A stretch of 64,000 bases of DNA from the NCBI GenBank assembly GCA_013265495.1, contig MU057651.1, forward strand, positions 2,520,948-2,584,947, read 5' to 3'. A program made the position numbers and the translations under genes. The stretch comes from Vicugna vicugna (Eukaryota). Below, piece by piece: positions 1 to 11,175 of the stretch (within the stretch, counting starts at the first letter, position 1; each line of letters begins with the position of its first letter). The notes beneath the pieces are model-generated. The model searched no databases. It saw only the letters and a list, made by a program, of their open reading frames with translations, and was not told the DNA's origin.

Positions 1-2029
1 GGCTCTGTCCTTGTCTGAGAGAAGACCCCCTTTCTTCAGGCAACAAAAAGGGATTTAAAAGAAAATGCCCCATAAAGTCATTGCCAGTCAAGCAACCCCG
101 TACCAGCTGGGCGGCGGTGATGGTGCGGGGGCACCAGTGGGTCTCCTGGTCTTTTTGGGGAATCAGATCTCTGCAGGGGGCCAGGGGAGCTGCTCTTGTG
201 CTGAGAGCAGAAATGATACTTTGCTTTTCTGCAGCGCAGGAAGGTTGCCATGGCGAGTGGTGGAGGGGCAGACGGAACATCCCTGAGGCTGCCGATGCCA
301 CCAGCAGACACGTCTTTTCATCTCCTGGGTTTTCACGTGTCGCCCCACCCACAGCGGGAAATTGGCTTTTCTTCCACGAGACCTTTCAAATGCAATTGAG
401 AGACTAATTTCCTGGCCCTGTTTGTCCAGCTCAAAGGATGACTCGCCATTTGACTCAGACACCTGTCACCGCTGATGCCTGGCAGCGGTGATTATGGCTC
501 GGGGGCTGGGGGAGGCAGGGGCGCCAGCATCCCCCGTATCCAGGGCCCCTTGGCTGCCACCAAGCTCAGGCGCTCTCTGGGACTTTGCAAATTATAGACA
601 ATCAGCCTTGTCAGCTGGGAAGGGAGGGCCTCGAGCAGACGTGAGGGGCTGTTCTCATCCAGCAGACCGAGTGGACTGGGTTCCAAGGGGGCTTGAATTG
701 TATCCTGGGCTGAGAAATGTTGGAATCACTCCCAACCAAACCCTAGGGCTTCTGTGCTTTCTGGAAAATGGGTTCTTCTTTAAAGCAAAAGATAATTTTT
801 AAGATCAAGCCCAGGGCAGCATGCCCACCTCTGGACACTCTCACCCAAGCAAGCGGTCAGGGGTGAGCTGGTCGGACACTCCCACATGGACCAGCCATGC
901 CTCTAACTGGCTGGTGCCCTTGGGCCTCGCTTTCCTTATCTGTGAGCGAGATTGCGGATGATCCCATCAACCCTCCTAATTATTTGGAGGTTAAAAAATG
1001 GGCTCATAAAACACAAGAAGTAAGTTAAAAACACAGCCTTATTCAGAGCAGGTATTGAATTAAAAGTAGCTATTATAATACACCCAGGATTATGGGGTAT
1101 TTGTAAGATTTTTGGAAAGTATCAAATTCGAGGGATCATCTTGGGCTGCTGAAAAGAAACAATGTGAGATTGTTTCAGTTATAACCTCCAGTGACTGAGG
1201 AAAACTGCTTATATTTTGGTTTGGGGTTGATTTGGGGCAGAACAGGAGTGGAGAGTATGGACTGGACCAGCACGACCCCAGCAGAAAACCGACATCCTCT
1301 TAGAACATTGCTCACCCCCATCCTCGAGGGTGTCCTTTGAAATCTGATTTATAAGAGGGAAAAATGCGACATTGTATAAATAGCCCCCATTCGTATACAT
1401 TGTGGCACACTGCAGACAATCACGCAGGATATTCTCAAAGAATATTTAAACCATGGGGAATGCTCACCATAAAACAGTAAAACATCACACGGAAAATCTG
1501 TACAATGAATTGCATTATCCCAGTTTTGTTTATGTGTAGGTACACATACACGCGCACACACACACACACGTATTGAAATAACACGGGGAGGAAGTATGCC
1601 CCCAAAATGTTTCCAGATCTTTTCCATTTTTATAGCAGACGTCTAGTTTCCATAAGTAGGAAGGGGACAATCCTTTTAAGTGGGATGACAATACCGGGAT
1701 GGACACAGAAGGCACGAAATTGGCAATGTGGGAAACTGAGACCACGATGTAAAGAAAACCACAGGAACCCCCCCCAAAACACAGAGGAGAAGATGACCAA
1801 AAAAGGAAAATAACAAAAGAGAGCTAGCAATCGTGGAAAAGGTCCCCAATCCGTGGGAAATCAAAGTTCCTGGAAAAGAACTAAAGTGGGAGAGAAACGT
1901 TCCCAGGTGAAGAAGGAGCTGAGTCTGGCGTTAACAGGGCTCCCCCAAGGCTGGGGAGTGGGGAGTGGGGTCAAAGTGAAAAGAAAGGTCTTGGCAAAAA
2001 TGTGTGTAATTATAAAGAAAAGGTAAGTC

Positions 2030-2624
2030 TATACCATAGGACCCAGGAATCCCACTCCTGGGCATATATCCAGAAGGACCCCTACTTGAAAAAGACACCT
2101 GCACCCCAATGCTCATAGCAGCACTATTTACAATAGCCAAGACATGGAAACAGCCTAAATGTCCACTGTTAGATGACTGGATAAAGAAGCCGTGGTATAT
2201 TCATACAATGGAATACTACTCGGCCATAAAAAAGGATAAAATAACACCATTTGCAGCAACATGGATGTCCCTGGAGAATGTCATTCTAAGTGAAGTCAGC
2301 CAGAAACAGAAAGAAAAATACCATATGAGATCACTCAGAGGTGGAATCTAAAACAAAACAAAAAAACAAAGCATAAATACACAACAGAAACAGACTCATA
2401 GACATAGAATACAAACTTGTGGTTGCCAGAGGGGCAAGGGGTGGGAAGGGACAGACTCGGAGTTCAAAATTTGCAGATACTGACAGGCATATATAGAATA
2501 GATAAACAAAATTATCCTGTACAGCACAGGGAAATATATACAAGATCTTGTGGTGGCTCACAGTGAAAAAGAATGTGACAATGAATATATGTATGTTCAC
2601 ATGAAGAAATTAAATAAAATAAAA
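2030..2624 (+). mobile_element. 5'-truncated LINE-1 (ORF2 C-terminus, 3'UTR, A-rich tail)
   Basis: ORF 2109-2351 reads AALFTIAKTWKQPKCP..WIKK.WYIHTMEYYSAIKK, the typical L1 ORF2 C-terminus; ends in an aaataaaataaaa tail. Confidence 0.92.
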
Positions 2625-3994
2625 CCGCTAGTTAGCAAGGACATCTGGCAAAAGAAAAAAAAGAAAGAAAGAAAAGAAAAAAAAGAAAAAGTGTTACAGC
2701 ACCTCCAGGTCCAGAACTGAGTTGAACAGAATTCGAAACCAGGGCCCCCCATCTCCACCCTTTCCACCCTCCATCCCCCAACCTGTCGAGCCCTGCCGCC
2801 CTCCTCAGGTTACAGGGTCCATCTTCTCTCCTGTCCACATGCGGGCTCTTCCCGAGCAGTGATGCCCCAGAGAATCAGGACCAAGGTGCTGGAGACCGGA
2901 AAGCCACCTGGCCCTCCCCCCACCCATCAGGTGCAGCTGAAGGGGCGTGGACAGCCGTCCCCACCCCAAGGCCAGAAGGAGGCTCGGAACTCCTATCCTG
3001 GAGTGTGTTTTTTCCAGTGCAGAGTCCCTGACAGGCAGAAAACTGACCAGGGTTGCTGAGATGTCTGCATTTGTGAGAAAAATCTTAGCCGCTGCTGTGT
3101 TGAAGTCCAGTTCGCAGCGTCACATCGGGGCTTGGCTTACGCACTTGAAATCACTCACAATCACTGCTGTAGGATGGAGGGCGTTAGAACACCCAGGAGG
3201 TGAGGCGGGAGGGGCCGGACGGGAGGGGTCTGAGCCCAGCCTCGCTGGGCACACGGACCATTTCATACGAAGTAACGCCAACAGTTACCTGCTTATCAGT
3301 CCTATGAGTAATGAATGGACCATTGATGCTCCCAACCAGAATCGTCACACAAGAGCGTCTATGACTCAGCTTCCGTGCTGACCCCAAGCACGGCTGGGAT
3401 GATTTATCTCAACCCTGGCAGCAACCAGCCCGGCCCCGTTGGACCCGACAGAGGGAACTTGTCTCCAGCTTCAATGTAGCAGGCCCGTTTCTCGTAGCAG
3501 AATACGCCCTCATCACCATAATAAACATCTTCGCAGCCATCCTTTTCCTGGGAACATCCCGTACATGGCAGAATTACACACAGGCACCTTCATTTTCAAA
3601 AGCCTCCTGCTGACCATCTCCTTCACAGGAATCTGAGCATCCTGTCCAGGATCGCACGAACACCAACCTATGTACCTCTTATGCAAACACCTGCCATCAC
3701 ACCAGGGGCTCCGCCACGAACACAGGAAAGAGGCCTGACCACAGAGCTACTTTGGAAGAATAAATAGACCGGGAGCAAGAAGGCGATGGGTCACAGAGGA
3801 GTCAGCCATCGGCCGCGGCACGAGGCCTGTCTATCAAAGTGCATTTCAGCATCTCTGCGCCAGAATGACCCGACGTGCAGGTTAGAAGGCCGACTCCTGG
3901 GCCCGCCTAAGACTTGGCGAGTCTGCACCTGTAGGGGTAGGTCTCCCTCCATGACCCTGACACGTACTGGATGAGTTTGGCAGAAGAAGACACT

Positions 3995-4425
3995 GCTTTC
4001 ATCTCAGAACCTGTGAACCTTTACCTTACATGCAAGAGGGACCTTGCCAATGAGATTAAGTTAAGAATGTTGGTGCAGTGGGGGATTATTTTGGATTATC
4101 TGGATGGACCCAATCTCATCACAGGGATCCTTAATAGTGAAGAATCTTTCTCATCTGTGGTCAGCAGGAGGTGTGGCCATGAAGGAAAGGTCAGAGAGAT
4201 GGGACAGTGCAGGCTCTGAACACGGAGGAGGAGGGCCGCGGCTCAGGAATGCAGGAAGCTTCCGGAAGCTTCCAGAAACTTCCAGGAAGCTTCCTAGAAA
4301 AGGCAAGGGCAGATTCTTGCGTGGAATCTCCAAGGTGTCAACCCTGATTTTAGCCCAGAAAGAGCCATGTCAGGTCCCTGGCCCACAAGAACTGTGAGGT
4401 AACAGGTTTATGTTGTCTTAAGCCA
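3995..4425 (+). mobile_element. MaLR MLT1-type LTR remnant (MLT1C/D-like)
   Basis: Recognisable segments: agaacctgtgaa..ttacc..., gattaagttaag, ggattatctggatggacccaatctcatcaca, aaggcaagg..agattct, tgttgtcttaagcca. Confidence 0.8.
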
Positions 4426-5223
4426 AACACAAGGGAGTTTAAAAACCCGGGTCCGGTTGAGCAGTCCCGACCCTGGAAATTGGGGCTTGCCTCCTAGTTT
4501 TGCTTGGCCACACTAGCCCAGTGACCTCACACCAAGGCAGCCGGGCCTCCGTCCCCATCGGTCCGGTCAGCAGAGCCACAGCTGGCCTCAGTGATGCTCA
4601 GAGCCTTTGGGAAGACAGTGTCTGGAAAAGGAAATTCCTTTTTCCACTCCCAAGTAAACGGTGCTTCCCCAGGGGGTGTGATGGGCTGGATGGGGTCCCT
4701 CTTTAGTGCCAGAAAAGAAAAAAGCCAGCAAAACCAGGTCTTCTTAGGTAGCACTTGTCCTGCCGACGTTACACTGTGACTGTCACTCACGCGTGTCCTG
4801 TCCCTCTCCAAGGTGCACGCCAGGTGAAGAGAATGAATTCAATCAGCGCAGAGAAAAGGCAGCGTCTCTCGGGAAGGGTCGGTCCCCACAGGTGGGGGCG
4901 GGGCCTTTCTAGTCACAGCTGCCCCTCACTGCACCGAGGACAGCCCGAGGGGTGGTCCCGTCATGGTTCTGCAGTCAGAGGGGGGTGAACTCAGACCCCA
5001 GCTCTAGAACTTAGCATTGGGAACCGACGGACCAGTTCCTGGCTGCTCTGAGCCTCAGTTTGCTCGCCTGTGAAATGGGAGTCTGAACACTGCCCCTGAT
5101 TTATAGTGTCCTGGTAAGGATGAGCTGTAACACATTTTTCCACAACACGGCCATCGCCGTTTCCCTCCGTGCGGCCCGGCCAGCGCGTCCCCGGAAGCTG
5201 GACCCCCGCGCACTCTGCCTTAC

Positions 5224-5343
5224 CTGGATCACCCCGCCCCCTTCTCCAGCTTCTCCAGCCAAGAAGGCCTCGGGCAGCTGCAGCATCCGCCCCAGCCAGT
5301 CCATCATCACCGTCTCCAGCTCGGTGCACGCCGGGCTGGCGGC
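5224..5343 (-). CDS. DDC: DDC coding exon 3 (gene exon 4), 120 nt, [40 protein letters not shown]
   Basis: Acceptor cag| at 5346-5344, donor |gtaagg from 5223; phase 0/0; conserved PLP-decarboxylase SPACTELE motif. Confidence 0.97.
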
Positions 5344-6227
5344 CTGTCCAGGGAGGGAGGAGAGGAGTGAAGCAAGGGAGGGCTGGCCTCTCCCGGGGCG
5401 GGAATCGGTTGGAGGGTGCGGGCTGGCCCTCCCATCGCAGGGCTCCCAGTGGCCAGCAGCTGGGGGCACGGCCAGCTCTGCCGGAGCTGCAGTGTGCTGT
5501 CCATTCAGGATCCCACGTGTCCTTACACGTCTCAGGCCATTTGTCACCCTGAGTCATCAGTCAGTTCAGCATCAAAGCATCAACAAGTGGACGCCCGGGA
5601 CCCAAAAGGCCAATGGCAGACCGTGGCCTTGGAAGAAGCCCCCACAGTGCCACTCAGTCCCCAGGCGTCCTTGACACCGGGAGACGGGCAGCTCCCCACC
5701 CGAGTGCTCTGCGTTCCCGGGGTGCCGTGCGGGGTGCAGCCCTGCCCACACTTCCCGGCAGGGCTCTTCCCTGCGCTGTGTCTGCACAGAGGAAGGGCCG
5801 GGGCCTGGGGGAGTGGAGGCAGCGGCTGGCACTTCTGATGGGCTGGCGCCTCTCTGGGGGCAGCGGCGGAAACACAGGGGACGGGACGTGGGCATGGCGT
5901 CCCTCAAATGGCAGATTGTACAGAAATCCTCTGGTCTGCTTCGGAGACGCGCAGAATCAGGCCTTGGGCTGCGGAAAACCCAGCCCCTCGGCGTGATTCT
6001 AATGCACCCTCTAAAAACACAGCTGTGCAGAATTGGCTTTTGGCTATTAACACCGTTCCAGAAAGTTCTTTCTAGCTCCCTCTGTTTCCCTGTATTCCAG
6101 ATTCCCCTACGAGGCTGAGCCCTTCTCCCCTCCCACAGGTGCCACCTGCCACCCGCCAGGAGAACGTGTCCCATGTCCCCATGCGGGGCCAACTCCCTGG
6201 CCCACCCCCAGGCCACGTGACACTCAC

Positions 6228-6341
6228 CCAGGAGAAGCCGATGCAGCCGATGGCCCCACACAGCATGTCTGCGAGCATGGCCGGGTATGAGCTGGCCGTG
6301 GGGAAGTAGGCGAAGAAGTAGGGGCTGTGCCAGTGGGTCAC
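6228..6341 (-). CDS. DDC: DDC coding exon 2 (gene exon 3), 114 nt, [38 protein letters not shown]
   Basis: Acceptor cag| at 6344-6342, donor |gtgagt from 6227; phase 0/0; conserved THWHSP..FAYFP motif. Confidence 0.98.
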
Positions 6342-9300
6342 CTGTGCGGGGACAGGACGGTCACTCGGGGGCCCGGGAGGCCAGCCCACGGGCAGAGAAG
6401 CCTGGCTGCAAACCGAGTCTCTAAAAACAACCCCGTTTTCCGAGACTGTAAGGTGGCGAGGCGCACCTGTCAGTGACGGAGATGCCCCGGGGCCCCGTCT
6501 CTTTGTGTTGCAATATTGGTTTTGCCAAAACTGGTCCAAAAAAAGCGTCTATATTGGGGGAAAAAGGCCTGATTTTTGAGCCTCCTCCTTAACTCTCTAT
6601 ACAATCCCTTTCATGCAGCCAAGCATCTCTCTCCCCCAGATCCTTCACTTCCTCTGTCCCCGCCCTGCAGGCCTCGCCGGGGTGTGTGGGGCCAGGACGG
6701 CACTGAGACCACATCCCGGTGTCGGGGACAAGGAGAGGATTGCAGGGACACAGTCGTCCAGGGGGATGGGAGCCGGGCAAGCCCCTGGGGCTGGAAGGTC
6801 TAGCGGTCGGAACACAGGATCTACTGGGAAGATCTCAGGGTTTGGGGAGAAAACTAAGGAGGAGAGAAAGTGGGGGTGCCCCACTGGGTGTCCCACCCCG
6901 TTTTTGCTTCCTTATGTGTCTTTGCTGAAGACATGCCTGTCGAGCGAGCACAGAATAAGGCCTTCGGGCACCCCCACCCCCGGAGGAGGAGACAAGGGAG
7001 CAGGGACTGTCCTTCAGTGTCCACTGGGGTTGGTACCATAATCAGCATCCCGCAGACCGAGGCGAAGCCCGGACCTCCGCATCCCTCCATTCCGGGCACA
7101 CTCTGATTTTCTGGGGGGCTCAGCCCCACCACCCCCTTGGGCAGGACAGCACATGCTCCAGGTTCTCTCCCAGCTCGAACATTCTCCAGGCCCGTCTCAG
7201 GATCCCCAAAGGCTGCCGACAATGCCCACCCTGGTCATGCCTGTGGTCCGGGGTGGAAGGCGGACATCCCTTCCTCCAGAGCACTGGGCATCAATCATCC
7301 GCTGTCCCAGACGTGAGGGGAGCCGACCTGGACCTCTGCGAGGACCGGGAGCCTCCAGCAGGGTGTGTGTGATCCCGGGAACGAAGACCAGGTCCCACGG
7401 CCACCACGGCCACCCCCACATCTGCAAGGTGAGGGCAGGGAAGGACCCGGGGGGGCGAGGAGTTGGCAGGGACCCTCCTGGGGCACTGAGGGGAGGGACT
7501 CTAGCTGCTCAGGAGTCCAGAGCGCTCAGAGCCATTCAGCCTGGGTGTGCATGTCTGTGCATGCGTGTATGTGCGTGTGCATGCGTGTGTGCGTCTGTGC
7601 ACATGCGAGCTTGGGGCGCAGCCAGGCCAGGGCAGAAGTCAGCATCTCAGTGGACTGACTGACGGAGCAGGTGACCTGTGGGTCTGAAGGGCTGGGGAAT
7701 GTTCTGGAGGGAGGGAGGCACCCAGCACAGCTGGGGCTTGGAGGCTCAGGCAAGGGAGGCTGCTGGTGAGGCCGAGAGGCCCAGAGGCACAGCAGGCCCG
7801 CTGTCCGGGGCCCACGATGCTCAGAGAGGCCCCGAAAAACATTTTCACTTCTTTTAAAATCAGAAGAAAAAGGTTAAATTGCAGGTCAAAGAAAAATATA
7901 ATCTGTAATGATAGTGTCTTTATGCCTATGCAGTGGTAAACCATAATTTCCAGGGGGTGAGAGTGTGGCCATGGGCATTCCGCCCGCCTTGGGCACCTGG
8001 AGGCCCTCACCGCGTCCCCCTCCACCGGGTCTGGGAAAAGACGAGAGACCCTCGACTGGGGACACAGGCACCTTTGCTTTCCCTCTGGACCGACACTCAC
8101 AGAAGGCAGGTGGACGTGCCTGCATGGGCCCTGCAGACGCCCCGAGAGCCTCCCGCATCACACAGCCAGCAGCTGGCGGGGCCGGGACTCCCACCCGGGG
8201 ACCCTGCCCCAGAGCCCAAGCCGGCCCGGCCCAGATCTGCACAGTGACTGCCCCTGTCTGGCCGACCGAGCAGGGAGCTCTCAGATTCCTCAGGGCCCCT
8301 GCTGCCCCTGCCAGGACTGCGGTGCTCCCCGAATTCCTGCATCCCCCAGTGGGGTGGTACCAGGAGCTGGGGCCTTTGGGAGGCGTCGGGGTTTGATCAG
8401 ACGGTGAGGGCGGGGCCCCGGGGGGCGGAAAGGCCCTGCGAGGGCAGTGAGAAGGCATCTGGATCTGCAGGGAGCCTTGACCTCGGACGCCCAGCCTCGG
8501 AGCCCGGAGAGCAGCGTGTGCACCAGCCAGCCGCAGCGGGGCCTTGTAGGCCGCAGAGCAGACAGTCCTGGGCCTGACATTTCCCCGCATTCCCCGGCGG
8601 GGTGGGGATTTGAGGCTGAGCGGTGCAGTGTATTTGCACAACCTCTGGGTGAAGACCAGAATCCTATGCCTGGCTCAAAGCACAAACATCAAGGGAGACT
8701 CCTGGGAGGATGCGGGGAGTGGGTGGAGGACCGATCAGGGGGTCTGAGGCCTGAGTCACGGCCCTGAGGCCCCCCCTCGGCGTCACAACTGGTCCTGGCT
8801 CTTCCCCGCCCATTCCTGTCTGCGGCCCCGGGCGACCCCGTGCCGAGGCTCACTGGCCCTAGACAGAGGCCTGCGCTGGTGGCCAGGCTCTGGGAAAACG
8901 CAGTACCACGTAGCCCATTCTCAAATAAAGTAAACAGAACATTTCTTCCACACAACGTGACTTAGCCTCTGCAAAACACAGAACTCCTGGGGCTACGCCT
9001 CCCTTGGCACGATTCACTTACTTGAAACCGGCCACAGGGGTTCACTTTCTGCCCCCAAGTCATGGAACGACTCTCTCTCGCGCACCAGGGTCTCAGGCCA
9101 GGGGACTGACCTGGGGGCTGCACTCATTGCCTTTGGGGCCCACAAGATCTGGGCTGTAATGCTGACATTGCTTACTGGCTGTGTGACCTTAGGCTGATCA
9201 CTCAACCTCTCTGGGCCTCCATCCCCTCACTTGTAAGACAGAAATGAAAAAAAAAAACCCTCTCTCCAAGGAGATGGTTGTGAGGATTAAAAGGAATAAT

Positions 9301-9379
9301 TCACGTGCATTTCCCAATGCCCAGTAGGTACCAGGTTACCACGAGCATCCCCGTGCGCCAGCCTTGCATATAGACTTAC

Positions 9380-9580
9380 CCCTGGCATGATTATCTTCTC
9401 CACGTCATTAATGATGTCTTCAAAGGTGTCTGGCTCCTGGGGAGCAGTGGGGGGGATCAGAGGGCGCAGGTAGCCGGGCTCCACGTCGGGGTAGACCTGG
9501 CGTGCCTCGATGCCTTCCAAGTAGTCGGCCACATAATCCACCATCTCTTTCCCTCTCCTTCGGAATTCGTCTGCATTCAT
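9380..9580 (-). CDS. DDC: DDC first coding exon (gene exon 2), 201 nt coding, [10 protein letters not shown]...VEKIIMPG; exon starts at 9606 with 26 nt of 5'UTR
   Basis: ATG at 9580-9578 in gtcaccATG context; pyrimidine tract plus gtgcag| acceptor before 9606; donor |gtaagt from 9379. Confidence 0.98.
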
Positions 9581-9721
9581 GGTGACCGGGCTTCGTCGGG
9601 GCAAAGCTGCACAGAGAAAGGAGAGAAATCTATTGGCAAACTTGACAACGTCTAAAGCGGAGACGGGCAACGCCAAGCCAGCGTGGGACCGGGGAGCACA
9701 AATCTGACCTCGGGTGAGACC

Positions 9722-10205
9722 TGTTCCTTTGGCTTCAACCCTGTGCCCTGTTTTCTGGGCTCAGTCTTGCTGGCTCTGCACCTTTTGTGAAACAACGTTG
9801 CCTTTAGCCTGAAATAGGCAGAAGAGCCGGTTCTCAAGGCTCAGACCTTTAAGGATGTTAACATGTTTGCACTTATATAAAGATAACAAGTTGCAAAGTA
9901 AAAGTAGAAAATTTGTTTTGTTGGAGGTTTGCAGGGGCACCATGACCTGGCCCCGGGGGACAGCTGCAAGAACAAAGGATTCCTGCACGGAGAAGTTTGC
10001 AACAACCAACCACACCTCGTCTCCTTTTTAGTATAAAAAGAGCCTGAATTCTGACGTGGGGACGATGGTTCTCCAGGACAGCAGTCTGCCGTCTTCTCTG
10101 TCTGTTGGCTTTCCAAATAAAGTCGCTATTCCTCGCCCCATCACCTCATCTCCCGATGCACCGGCCCGTCGTGCGGAGAGCAGAACGAGGCTGGACTCGG
10201 TAACA
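9722..10205 (+). mobile_element. Probable ERV1-class solo LTR (5' boundary approximate)
   Basis: TG...CA ends (3' end ...ggactcggtaaca), internal TATAAAA at 10032-10038 and AATAAA at 10116-10121 in U3-R-U5 order. Confidence 0.7.
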
Positions 10206-10727
10206 AGGCGGCCTCTGGGGCTGCCCGACCGGAGACGCAAACACCCACGGTCCATGCAGACCCCAAAGCGGGGGCACTTTCCTTCCGTGTCCAGACAGGC
10301 GAGAAATGACACCAGCTTTGGGGACCTCAGCTACTGTTTATTCTGCTTTTAACCAGCTACTCAATGGAAAACAGTGCCAAGTCTCATTTTGCCTGTCTGC
10401 ATCCGGGAAATGGACCAGAAGCACACATGGATGCTCACGGTCCAGTCCACTTGTCGTAACAAACCTTGCTCTGAGTCCTGCCTTGCTCTTTGCTAGCTGT
10501 TGGCCAGAGACTCCCTGAGCCTCTCGCTTTATTTGAGAAAATCAGGTAGCAATGCCGATCTCTGCGGAAGGTGTGAAGGTGGTCACGCAGCACCTGGACA
10601 ACACTCAGCCTGGAGCCGGGGCCATGTGATCTCCAACAGCATCAGCCTCCCTCTTTTATCTTGACTCTGTCACCAGATGGAACCACACCCTCACATGCAA
10701 CCTGCTCTTCAAAAAGCATGCTTTCTT

Positions 10728-10883
10728 GGGGGGGGGGTGGCTCGGCGGTGGAGCACGTGCTTAGCATGCACGAGGTCATGGGTTCAATCCCCAGTCCCTC
10801 CACTAAAAAGTAAAATAAAAAATAAATTTAAAAATACATAAAGAAACCTAATTGCCTTCCCCACCCCCAAACAAAAACACAGG
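10728..10883 (+). mobile_element. tRNA-derived SINE (camelid vic-1-like)
   Basis: tRNA-like head with B box ggttcaatccc, A-rich tail with cctaatt.cct.ccc; imperfect target-site duplication aaaa...gctttctt on both sides. Confidence 0.85.
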
Positions 10884-10899
10884 AAAACAACGCTTTCTT

Positions 10900-11175
10900 C
10901 AGACTCATAGACGTAGAGAACAAACTTACAGTTACCAGGGAGTAAAGAGGGTGGGAAGGGACAGACTGGGGGTTGAAGTTTGCAGAGTCTAAGTACTATG
11001 TACAAAATAGATAAACAACAAGATCCAAATGTTGAGCACAGGGAACTATATTCAAGAATGAGAACGAATTATGAAAAGGAACATATGTATGTTCATGTAT
11101 GACCGAAACACGATGCTGGGGCAGCAGCAACTGACACGACATTGCCCGCTGAGTAGATTTCAATTAAAAAAGAAG
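10900..11175 (+). mobile_element. LINE-1 3'UTR fragment
   Basis: cagactcatagac..agagaacaaactta..gttacc... closely parallels the L1 3'UTR at 2390-2600. Confidence 0.8.

Noticed and set aside
2109..2351. ORFs 2109-2351 and 31340-31708 as host genes
   Set aside because: They are C-terminal fragments of LINE-1 ORF2 in truncated elements.
1..5223. Next DDC exon (expected GSASEATLVALLAAR...)
   Set aside because: No matching sequence seen; it presumably lies beyond the window start.
9581..9676. N-terminal extension of DDC suggested by the ORF track (MALPVSALD...)
   Set aside because: Starts at a non-ATG codon in intron and runs through the polypyrimidine tract and acceptor; the real start is the ATG at 9580.
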